Part shown: one piece after another, positions 35,873 through 44,192 of the stretch
Layout of the letters: every line of letters starts with the position of its first letter
Position numbering within the stretch: position 1 is the stretch's first letter
Assembly: GCA_016865855.1 (NCBI GenBank)
Contig: VGNX01000005.1
Span: 165 to 64,164, forward strand
Reading direction: 5' to 3'
DNA: 64,000 bases
Origin: Chloroflexota bacterium
GTDB lineage: Bacteria > Chloroflexota > Dehalococcoidia > GIF9 > UBA5629
The notes under the pieces: model-generated
Database searches by the model: none
Told to the model about the DNA's origin: nothing
What the model saw: only the letters and a program-made list of their open reading frames with translations
Made by a program: the position numbers and the translations under genes

Positions 35873-37837
35873 TTATTCAACAGCGTTAATTTTGACACTC
35901 GTCATCATTGTCCCTGTTCGACCATCGCGGTAAGTAATGGGAGCCTCTACCTTCAACTCGTCTTTATCCCCGTAGAGCGCATCTATCAAGTAGCCATATC
36001 GCTCTTCAATAAAATCGCGCCGCAGCTTTCTGGTTCGAGTAAGTTCGGCATCATCAGCATCAAATTCCTTGTGTAAATTGACAAACCTCTTTATCCTCGT
36101 CCATTCAGGCAGGTGCCTATTCACTTTCCGTATCTCGCCTGTTACAAGCCCAATGACTTCCGGCTTCTGTGATAGGTCAGTAAACGTAGTGTAAGGGATT
36201 CGTTTGGCTTCAGCCCAGCGTCCTACATTATCTATGTCAACATTTATAATGGCGGTAACAAAATCTTTATCCTCGCTACCCACAATCAAGGCTCCCTTGA
36301 TATAAGGGCTGAACCTCAGTCTAATTTCAGCAAACTGTGGCGAAAATTTGCGTCCACCTCTTAATTCCTTCAAGTGGTCCATTCTATCAATGCAGACAAG
36401 ATGACCGTGCTCTTCGATGTGTCCAAAATCACCGCTAAGATACCAGTCGCCTAAGTATTTTTCTCGAGTAGCTTCTGGCTTCTTGTAATAGCCAGCGAAA
36501 AGCATCTCGCTCCTGACCAAAATTTCCCCATCTTCAGACAGCCGGCATTCATATCCAGGCATCAATGGGCCGCAGGTTTCTGGCCTGACATCATCATCAG
36601 GATGAATGGTGACCAGGCCCATTTCGGTGCTGCCATAGAGCTGCTTGAGCTTCACTCCAAGAGCTTGGAAATAACGGAATATGTCTGGACTTATCGCCGA
36701 CCCAGCACTATATGCAACCCTGACTTTTGATAGGCCAACTTTGTCCTTGAGAGCCCGAAACACCGTCAGGTTAGCAATGGAGTAAAGCGCCTGCCAGAAC
36801 CAGTTGACTTTCTTTCCAGCCACTCGTAAGTCACCTACTTTGTAACCTACCGGCAGGAAAACGTGATACAGTAATCTTCTTAATGGGCTGGTGTCTATTA
36901 TCTTCGCCTGAATCAAACGGCTGACGCTTTCCCAGTTAGCCGGCCCCCAAAAAAGGACGCCTGGCCCGATCTCTCTGATGTTCTCCAAGACCGTCTCTGG
37001 CTCTTCAGGAAAGTTTATCTCCATGCCCGTAAGCAAATTGGCACCTACCCCCAGCCCTTGCTCTGTAATCCAGGCTGGAGGTAAGAAGGAGACATACTGG
37101 TCATCCGGACTCCACTTATCTACAGAATTCCATGCCCGGTTGGTTAACTGCGACACCCTGTTTCTGAGCATGGCAGCTTTGGGCAAGCCAGTAGTGCCCG
37201 ATGTATACATGAAAAGGGCTATATCGTCCCCGCTAGTTTTCTCGATATTCTCTTCAAATAGCCCAGGGCGAGTCTTTTCGTACTCCTTACCCAGCTCAAT
37301 AACCTGGTCGAAGCTCATTAGAATCGGGTCAGCATAGTCACCGATAGGAGTTCCTTCAAATCCAAGTATTCCCTTAGGGTCCCAGAAAATGACCTTTTTT
37401 AGCAAAGGCAGTTCATCTTTAAGTGGTGGATGCTCTTTACCTTCCCTATCCTTGTACGGAATCAGAAACTTATCAACTTGCTCCTGGTCATGAGCTATCA
37501 CAAACTTTGATTCGGAATTCTCAACATAGTATTTAACCTCGGTAGGCAGGCAATCAACGAATATGCCGGTCACAACCGCACCAGCGGTCCCAGCAGCCAG
37601 CTCCGCCCAAAACCACTCAGGCTTATTCTCACCCAGAATTGCCACTTTGTCCCCCCGCTCCAGACCAAGGCTCATCAGACCAAGTGAAAAATACTTCACC
37701 TTTTCGTAGTAGTCTTCCCAGGTATATGACTGCCAGATGCCACGGTCCTTCACCCGCATGGCTACCTTCTTATCACCCCATTTCACGTAGTTATATTTCA
37801 AATATTTAGCAGCACTGTCAAAAACTGGTACATCCAC
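35873..37837 (-). CDS. Long-chain acyl-CoA synthetase (AMP-binding) embedded in the ABC operon
   Basis: YTSGTTGLPKAAM, YGSTE, SGDFG, C-terminal ELTRTRKLRR. Confidence 0.9.
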   Translation of the reverse strand: MDVPVFDSAAKYLKYNYVKWGDKKVAMRVKDRGIWQSYTWEDYYEKVKYFSLGLMSLGLERGDKVAILGENKPEWFWAELAAGTAGAVVTGIFVDCLPTEVKYYVENSESKFVIAHDQEQVDKFLIPYKDREGKEHPPLKDELPLLKKVIFWDPKGILGFEGTPIGDYADPILMSFDQVIELGKEYEKTRPGLFEENIEKTSGDDIALFMYTSGTTGLPKAAMLRNRVSQLTNRAWNSVDKWSPDDQYVSFLPPAWITEQGLGVGANLLTGMEINFPEEPETVLENIREIGPGVLFWGPANWESVSRLIQAKIIDTSPLRRLLYHVFLPVGYKVGDLRVAGKKVNWFWQALYSIANLTVFRALKDKVGLSKVRVAYSAGSAISPDIFRYFQALGVKLKQLYGSTEMGLVTIHPDDDVRPETCGPLMPGYECRLSEDGEILVRSEMLFAGYYKKPEATREKYLGDWYLSGDFGHIEEHGHLVCIDRMDHLKELRGGRKFSPQFAEIRLRFSPYIKGALIVGSEDKDFVTAIINVDIDNVGRWAEAKRIPYTTFTDLSQKPEVIGLVTGEIRKVNRHLPEWTRIKRFVNLHKEFDADDAELTRTRKLRRDFIEERYGYLIDALYGDKDELKVEAPITYRDGRTGTMMTSVKINAVE

Positions 37838-37850
37838 TTCTTACACCCTC

Positions 37851-38630
37851 CTATTCACCTAAGTAAGCCTTGATAACCGCGGGATTGCCTTTTATCTCAT
37901 CTGGGCTGCCTTCAGCGATTTTATGCCCAAAATCAAGAACAACCACCCTGTCAGCAATATCCATAACTACTTCCATGTCATGCTCAATAAGGACAATAGG
38001 AATGCGTCTGAGTTCAATAGTGTCGATGATGAAGCGCGCCATATCCTCTTTCTCATCTATGTTCATTCCCGCCATAGGCTCATCGAGCAGAAGGAGCTTG
38101 GGCTCCAAAGCCAAAGCTCTACCTAACTCCACACGTTTACGCATCCCGTAAGGAAGAAGCCCCACCACCTTTTTCCTGATTGGTTCCATTTCCAGGAAGT
38201 CTATTATATCTTCGACTACCTTTCGATGCTCTATCTCCTCCCGATAGGCTGGTCCAAAATAGATAGCGCCAGCCAACGCCCCTTGCTTCATATGGATATG
38301 TCTGGCTGCCATGAGATTATCTAAAACAGTTAGGCCAGTATAAAGCTCGATATTCTGGAAAGTTCGAGAGATGCCAAGTTCAGCAATCTTGTGGGGTGCT
38401 AAACGGGTAATTCTTTTTCCGTCGAAATAAATATCGCCCTGTTGTGGGCGATAGAAACCATTTATACAGTTGAGGAGGCAGCTCTTTCCAGCACCATTCG
38501 GGCCTATAACAGCCAAGATCTCCGTCCCTCTGACCTCGATGTCCACACCATCCAAGGCACGGAGTTGGCCGAAATATAAACCGATGTTTTCAGCTTTTAG
38601 TTTAACTTCGTCCTGTGCCACCAAAACCAA
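37851..38630 (-). CDS. livG: Liv-type ABC ATP-binding protein (LivG-like)
   Basis: GPNGAGKS, RTFQN, LPYG..KRVELGRALA, LLDEP.AGM, IEHDM, V..AYLG; the start may be 2-3 codons later. Confidence 0.88.
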   Translation of the reverse strand: MVLVAQDEVKLKAENIGLYFGQLRALDGVDIEVRGTEILAVIGPNGAGKSCLLNCINGFYRPQQGDIYFDGKRITRLAPHKIAELGISRTFQNIELYTGLTVLDNLMAARHIHMKQGALAGAIYFGPAYREEIEHRKVVEDIIDFLEMEPIRKKVVGLLPYGMRKRVELGRALALEPKLLLLDEPMAGMNIDEKEDMARFIIDTIELRRIPIVLIEHDMEVVMDIADRVVVLDFGHKIAEGSPDEIKGNPAVIKAYLGE

Positions 38631-38749
38631 GCTCCTGAAGAAATCAGACCTCGAAGAAACCCCCTAACCCGTGACCACTGACAATTTAAACAATTATACA
38701 ACATTTGTCAATAGTCTTATCGGAGATTGCTTGACTCTACCTAACCCCA

Positions 38750-38778
38750 TTGTCGAAACAAAAATCTTGTGCTATACT
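38750..38778 (+). promoter_or_regulatory. Promoter for the acyl-CoA ligase-livG-livF unit
   Basis: TTGTCG-17 bp-TATACT with an extended TG, then RBS GAGGAGG. Confidence 0.5.
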
Positions 38779-38806
38779 GCCTCTAGCAAAAGAGGAGGTA
38801 ACACAA

Positions 38807-40522
38807 GTGACAACTGACCCCAACAAAGCTATCTACGAATCAAGACCATGGTTGAAGTTTTACCTCAAAGAGGTGCCACCAGATGTTAAAATCCCGGAAA
38901 AGTCCGCGGTCGAAACCTTTGATGAAGCCACGGATACATGGAAGGATAGAACTGCCATAATATTCTACGGCAGGAAGATAAGTTACCGCGAGTTAAGAGA
39001 CCACGTCGATAGATTTGCCACAGCTCTGCATGATTTAGGAGTCAAAAAAGGAGACCGGGTTGCTTTACTCCTACTGAACTCACCTCAGTTCATCATAGCC
39101 TATTTCGGAGCCCTCAAAGCCGGAGCCACTTTAACTGCAATTAGCCCTCTTTATGTCAGTCCTGAAATCAAACATCAAATTGAAGACAGTGGAGCCAGAA
39201 TCATCGTCTGTCAGGATATTCTTTATGATAATGTTGAACGGGCAGGAGTCAAGCTAGATAGGGTCATATTGACCAGCATCACCGAATACCTGCCGGGGAT
39301 GAAAAAGTTCATGGGTAGCAGTGTGCTCCGGGCTGTATATCAAAAAATGGCAGCACCACCTGCCGAGCTCTTCGACAGAGAGGGATTCTATCAATTCCAG
39401 GACTTGATTAAGAACTATCCACCGAATCCACCGAAAATCAAGTTCAACATTAAAGAGGACTTAGTAACCCTTCCCTACACTGGAGGGACGACCGGGCTGC
39501 CCAAAGGGGCTATGATAACACACTATAATCTCACCGCTGCTAGATATTTGGGCGAAAAGTTCTGGGGGGATGTTGTCCAAGAGGGCAAAGAGACCATACT
39601 AGCCTATTTACCTTTCTATCACATCTACGGTCAGGCGGTGGTTATGTTAGGAGGGCTATCGCAAGGCTATACCTTAGTAATATTTACTACCCCAGACCTT
39701 GACGACATCTTAAACGCTATGGAAAGTTACAAGGCAACCATTTTCTACAGCGTTCCATCTTTGTATGAATACCTTAAAGATTATCACCGCACTGACAGAG
39801 TCAATTGGAAGCGCATCAAAGTTCTCGTCTCCGGCGCCGACGCACTTCTTGAGGATACCTCGGCAGGTTGGGAGAAACGGACTGGCGCTAAAATACACGA
39901 GGGTTGGGGGATGACTGAAACAAGCTCTGTGGGAATAGTCAGCCCATACAGGAGACAAAAAGTCGGCTCTTTCGGCGTACCCCTACCTAACACCGTAGCT
40001 GGAATAGTCAACCCTGAAAGCACCAAATTTCTTCCCGTTGGCGAAATAGGCGAACTTGTAGTCAAAGGGCCACAGGTAGGCAAAGGATACTGGAAGAATC
40101 CGGAGGAAACCAAGAAAATGTTTGTGGATATCGACGGCGAAACCTGGCTTCGAACCGGCGACTTAGTCAGAATGGATGAAGACGGCTATTTCTTTTTCTA
40201 CGATAGAAAGCGTGACATGATTAAGTATAAGGGTCTGGCTGTATTTGCTCGTGAAGTAGAGGAGGCATTAGCCAGCCATCCACAAGTCAAAGAAGCCGGC
40301 GTTATCGGAGTTCCAGACCCGGAAGTTGGAGAGAAAGTCAAAGCAATAGTTGTTCTTGAGACAGAAGCAAGAGGCAAAGTCTCAGAAGACGAGATTATGA
40401 AGTATTGCGCCGAAAGACTGGCTCATTATAAGTGTCCCAAAATCGTAGAGTTTAGAGGTGAAGTCCCCAAGACAGATGTTGGCAAGGTATCACGCCGTGA
40501 GCTGAGAGAGGAGGACCTATAA
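38807..40522 (+). CDS. Long-chain-fatty-acid--CoA ligase (FadD/LcfA-like)
   Basis: YTGGTTGLPKGAM.TH, EGWGMTE, WLRTGDL, DRK.DMI, PKT.VGK; GTG start after GAGGAGG. Confidence 0.9.
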   Translation: MTTDPNKAIYESRPWLKFYLKEVPPDVKIPEKSAVETFDEATDTWKDRTAIIFYGRKISYRELRDHVDRFATALHDLGVKKGDRVALLLLNSPQFIIAYFGALKAGATLTAISPLYVSPEIKHQIEDSGARIIVCQDILYDNVERAGVKLDRVILTSITEYLPGMKKFMGSSVLRAVYQKMAAPPAELFDREGFYQFQDLIKNYPPNPPKIKFNIKEDLVTLPYTGGTTGLPKGAMITHYNLTAARYLGEKFWGDVVQEGKETILAYLPFYHIYGQAVVMLGGLSQGYTLVIFTTPDLDDILNAMESYKATIFYSVPSLYEYLKDYHRTDRVNWKRIKVLVSGADALLEDTSAGWEKRTGAKIHEGWGMTETSSVGIVSPYRRQKVGSFGVPLPNTVAGIVNPESTKFLPVGEIGELVVKGPQVGKGYWKNPEETKKMFVDIDGETWLRTGDLVRMDEDGYFFFYDRKRDMIKYKGLAVFAREVEEALASHPQVKEAGVIGVPDPEVGEKVKAIVVLETEARGKVSEDEIMKYCAERLAHYKCPKIVEFRGEVPKTDVGKVSRRELREEDL

Positions 40523-40523
40523 A

Positions 40524-41294
40524 ATGGCGTCGTTTTTCGAAGTTGAAAATCTAACCAAACGCTTCGGCGGGCTGGTTGCTGTCAACAATGTAAGCTTCAA
40601 AATAGAAAGGGATGAAATCGTTGGCCTGATTGGGCCAAACGGTTCCGGGAAGACCACCCTCATACGGTGCATACTCGGCATATTGAAGCCCGATTCCGGA
40701 AAAGTTAGATTTAATGGCAAAGACATAACCAAACGCCGACCGTGGGAGATAGTCCAAAGGGGCATAGTGGGGACTTTCCAGGTAGTCAAGCCCTTCCGAC
40801 GTCTGCCTATTATTGCCAATGTCATGGTAGGTTGTCTCTGCCCACGGATAACCAAGCGAGGGGAATGGGTCAAAAGAGCCGAAGTAAAAGCGCGAGATGC
40901 CTTAGAGTTCGTGGGAATCGCTGACCGGGCTCTTGAACCAGCTTCCATTCTGTCTCATGGTGATTTAAAACGGCTGGAAGTAGCCAGGGCAATTGCCACC
41001 GAACCAGAGCTGCTTATCCTCGACGAACCCTTCGGTGGACTGAATCCTGCAGAAACAGAGCTTGTAGCTAAATCAATGAAAAGATTGCACAAGGGCGGAA
41101 GATTTGGCAGACTTCATAGCGAAGGGCCGGCTATGCTTATCATAGAACACAAACTAAGTGAGCTCATGAAAATAATTGACAGGGTGATTGTAATTAACTT
41201 TGGCGAAATCATTGCTCAGGGCACACCTGAAGAAATATCCAAAAATAAGCAGGTGATTGAAGCCTATACAGGCAAGGAGGTGCTCATTGCTTGA
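40524..41294 (+). CDS. livG: Liv-type ABC ATP-binding protein (LivG-like)
   Basis: FGGLVAV, GPNGSGKTT, KRLE.ARA.A, LDEP.GGL, IEH, V.EAY.G. Confidence 0.85.
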   Translation: MASFFEVENLTKRFGGLVAVNNVSFKIERDEIVGLIGPNGSGKTTLIRCILGILKPDSGKVRFNGKDITKRRPWEIVQRGIVGTFQVVKPFRRLPIIANVMVGCLCPRITKRGEWVKRAEVKARDALEFVGIADRALEPASILSHGDLKRLEVARAIATEPELLILDEPFGGLNPAETELVAKSMKRLHKGGRFGRLHSEGPAMLIIEHKLSELMKIIDRVIVINFGEIIAQGTPEEISKNKQVIEAYTGKEVLIA

Positions 41295-42036
41295 AGCAAA
41301 AAACGTAACTGTCTGCTACGATACAGCTATGGTTCTCGATGAAGCCAGCCTGACGGTTGAAAAAGGCGAGCTGGTCGGGCTCGTCGGCCCCAACGGTGCC
41401 GGAAAGACCACCCTGCTTCGGGCTATAGCCGGATTGATAAACTGGGAGAAGGAGGTATTGAAGGGAACGAGACAGGCAGATATAACCTTTAAAGGCAACA
41501 TAGAGTTCGAAGGCGAGAGGATTGAAAAGCTCTCCGCGTCTGAAATAGCTAAGAAAGGTTTATTGCTTTGTCCCGAGAGAGGTAGACCGTTTGCTGAAAT
41601 GACAGTCAGAGATAATTTGCTGGCCGGAGCTTACCTGTGTAAGAATAAGAAAGAGGTTAACGAAGGTCTCACCAAGGTCTATGAACTGTTTCCAAGATTA
41701 AAAGAGAGGGAAAATCAAATATCTGGAACTTTATCCGGCGGTGAACGGCAGATGCTGGCTATTGGAAGGGCATTGATGCGTCACCCTAAGTTCATGCTGG
41801 TTGACGAACCATCAAGCGGGCTAGCGCCAAGGCTGAAAGAAGACCTGTTTAAACGTATAGAAGAGATTTATCACGAGCTAGGCGTTACCATACTTCTGGC
41901 GGAGCAAGATGTGAGCTTTGCCTTCGACCTGTCAGGAAGAAACTACGTTATGTCCCGAGGACATATCATCGCCCAGGGAACAGCTAAAGAATTACTACAA
42001 GACGAGACTATCAGAAAGACATATCTAGGCTTATAA
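41287..42036 (+). CDS. livF: Liv-type ABC ATP-binding protein (LivF-like)
   Basis: TTG start after AAGGAGG; GPNGAGKTT, LSGGERQMLAIGRALM, DEPS.GL, YLG end. Confidence 0.85.
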   Translation: MLEAKNVTVCYDTAMVLDEASLTVEKGELVGLVGPNGAGKTTLLRAIAGLINWEKEVLKGTRQADITFKGNIEFEGERIEKLSASEIAKKGLLLCPERGRPFAEMTVRDNLLAGAYLCKNKKEVNEGLTKVYELFPRLKERENQISGTLSGGERQMLAIGRALMRHPKFMLVDEPSSGLAPRLKEDLFKRIEEIYHELGVTILLAEQDVSFAFDLSGRNYVMSRGHIIAQGTAKELLQDETIRKTYLGL

Positions 42037-42057
42037 CATAGTGTGAGAGTATTTACC

Positions 42058-42175
42058 TGTCATTGCGAGTCCTTCGATTTGTGTCATTCTGAGCCCTTCA
42101 CTCTTTGTCATTCTGAGGGAACGAAGCGACCGAAGAATCACATACAACTCAGGGTAGATTCCGCGAAGTAATCTC
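42058..42175. repeat. Nested TGTCATT-type palindromic repeat between convergent genes
   Basis: TGTCATTGCGAG-TGTCATTCTGAG-TGTCATTCTGAG...GAAGAATC...GAAGTAATCTC; close reverse-complement match to 28679-28792. Confidence 0.75.
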
Positions 42176-42176
42176 C

Positions 42177-43214
42177 CTAGTACAGAGAAGCACCACAGGC
42201 TCTACAAGTACGGCGAAGCGCCACATTAGCTAACTTGCAACGCGGACATTGCCGCTCAATCTTATCCCGTATCCAGACGGCAACCCCTTCAGGCATGAAA
42301 AGCAGAATCAATATCACTATGGCACCCAAAATGAGAAACCGGAACTCAGGAATAACCCGCAAAATCTCCAAAAGAGGATAGAGGAAGTAAACCCCGACAA
42401 CTGCACCGTAGATGCTGACAATGCCGCCGAAGACCGACCATATTACCGCCTGAAAGGACAACATCAAGTCCAGGGTGGAGGGGCCGGCGATTCTCATGAA
42501 GTGCGCATAAAAGGCCCCGGCGATTCCAGCGAAGAAACCACCCACGGCAAAAGCCAGCACCTTATATCTTATGGTGTTGATTCCAGTGGCACGAGCTGCA
42601 ATCTCATCCTCACGGATGGCATGCAGAATAATACCTGTCCTGACAAGCCCGCTCCTGGCATCAGTGAGCTTCCACATTATAAACACTGACACGGTCATCA
42701 CTATCACAGATATGTAATAGTCAGTTATCCGGGAATCGGAAAGGCGAGTAAGTCCAGTGATACCATGCTCGCCGCCGGTAACATCGGGAAAAGCCTTGAT
42801 GATTCCGAGCAGTATGAGAGGAAAGGCTAGCGTAACCAGGGATAAGTAAGGCCCTCTCAGCCTTAAAGCCGGTATACATGTGAGTACCCCAGCCAAGACG
42901 GCGACAAGAGCCCCAATTGGTATCGTTGCCCAGGGCTGCAAACCAAGATACTTATTCAGCATTGCCGCAGTATAGGCGGCAACACCGAAAAACAGAGCAT
43001 GCCCAAAATTTACCTGACCGGTATAGCCGGACAAAAAATCCCAGCTAACAGCGAAGATAACGAAGATATTGGAAAAGATCAGAATGCGAAGGGTATAAGG
43101 TTCTTGTGTTATTAGTGGTACAAGAAACAGCAACAAAAAGAAAATAAAAGCAATAAACCTCCCCGGAATCGCTAGCACATCCCCCTGGAAATCCCTAAGT
43201 AGCCGTCTTAACAA
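42177..43214 (-). CDS. livM: LivM-like permease with a C-terminal Zn-ribbon extension
   Basis: G.TGQVNFGHA.FFG, LRLRGPYL.L.TL, AIREDE.AA...GI, PEG, then CPRC-x10-CRAC; start at TTG 43214 after GAGGAG. Confidence 0.85.
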   Translation of the reverse strand: MLRRLLRDFQGDVLAIPGRFIAFIFFLLLFLVPLITQEPYTLRILIFSNIFVIFAVSWDFLSGYTGQVNFGHALFFGVAAYTAAMLNKYLGLQPWATIPIGALVAVLAGVLTCIPALRLRGPYLSLVTLAFPLILLGIIKAFPDVTGGEHGITGLTRLSDSRITDYYISVIVMTVSVFIMWKLTDARSGLVRTGIILHAIREDEIAARATGINTIRYKVLAFAVGGFFAGIAGAFYAHFMRIAGPSTLDLMLSFQAVIWSVFGGIVSIYGAVVGVYFLYPLLEILRVIPEFRFLILGAIVILILLFMPEGVAVWIRDKIERQCPRCKLANVALRRTCRACGASLY

Positions 43215-43215
43215 T

Positions 43216-44088
43216 TTATAATCTCTCCTCCTCAAAAACTACGCCGTACAGACCTTCAGGCCTGACCACGAGCACTATCACCATAGCCAGCAGGGCGAAT
43301 GCCAGCTTCAGGAAGGCACCAGCAGGAACTAAGAAGACGACCAGTGTCTCAACCAATCCTATAATAAAAGCGCCGATAAAACTCCCTTTAATACTGCCCA
43401 ATCCTCCCAATACAACAATGGCCATAATCATTACCAAGGGAGGCATCCACATATATGGGTGAACAACCCATAACGGTGCCACCACAATGCCAGCAACTGC
43501 CGCCAGGGCTGTGGCTACCCCCATGGTTATCAGCAGTATCGTGGATACGTTTATCCCCATCAGGTTGGCAATTTCGGCATCCTGGGCTGTAGCTCTGATG
43601 GCGATGCCCAGTTTTGTTCTTGACAGGAGTGCCCATACGCAAATAAGGACGATCAAGACTATGCCAAGCGACAGCAATTGTTGATAGGTAACTCTGACAC
43701 CGAATATTTCCCAAAATCCAGAGATAAGAGTCGGTGACTCGCGAAAGTGAGCGCCAAAGGCTAACAGCATAAACTCCTGGAAAACCATAGCTAAGGCAAT
43801 GGTTATCAGCAAAACAGCTACAAGGTGCTCGCGCACCCGGTTAACAAACAACCTGTAACTCAAGACTCCTACAAGGGTAACAACAACTATAGTTAGGATA
43901 ATTGATGGAATAGGACCCAAACCGAACTGATAGCTCCAATAGAACATACCGTAGGCTGCCAGCATGAAAAAGGCAGTATGGGCCAGGTTTATCATGCGAG
44001 CTACACCGAAGATAAGAGAAAAACCCACGGCTAAGAGGGCATACACCCCTCCAGCCATCAATGCCTGAATTATAAATGCCTGAATCAT
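43216..44088 (-). CDS. livH: LivH-like permease
   Basis: YALLA.G.SLIFGV....N.AH, T.LG.AIRA.AQD...A.LMGI, GGLGS..G, RPEGL.G. Confidence 0.88.
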   Translation of the reverse strand: MIQAFIIQALMAGGVYALLAVGFSLIFGVARMINLAHTAFFMLAAYGMFYWSYQFGLGPIPSIILTIVVVTLVGVLSYRLFVNRVREHLVAVLLITIALAMVFQEFMLLAFGAHFRESPTLISGFWEIFGVRVTYQQLLSLGIVLIVLICVWALLSRTKLGIAIRATAQDAEIANLMGINVSTILLITMGVATALAAVAGIVVAPLWVVHPYMWMPPLVMIMAIVVLGGLGSIKGSFIGAFIIGLVETLVVFLVPAGAFLKLAFALLAMVIVLVVRPEGLYGVVFEEERL

Positions 44089-44131
44089 AACTCTTCCAAA
44101 CTTAGTATTTTAACGTCTTACCTTTTTATTT

Positions 44132-44174
44132 TATGGTGCCCCCGGTTGACCTAATCAACCGTGGGGGCACCATA
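44132..44174. other. Strong intergenic hairpin between the SBP and permease genes (likely mRNA-stabilising)
   Basis: TATGGTGCCCCC..GGGGGCACCATA stem; no U-tract follows on the coding (minus) strand. Confidence 0.5.
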
Positions 44175-44192
44175 TAGGCTTACTACCCTTGG

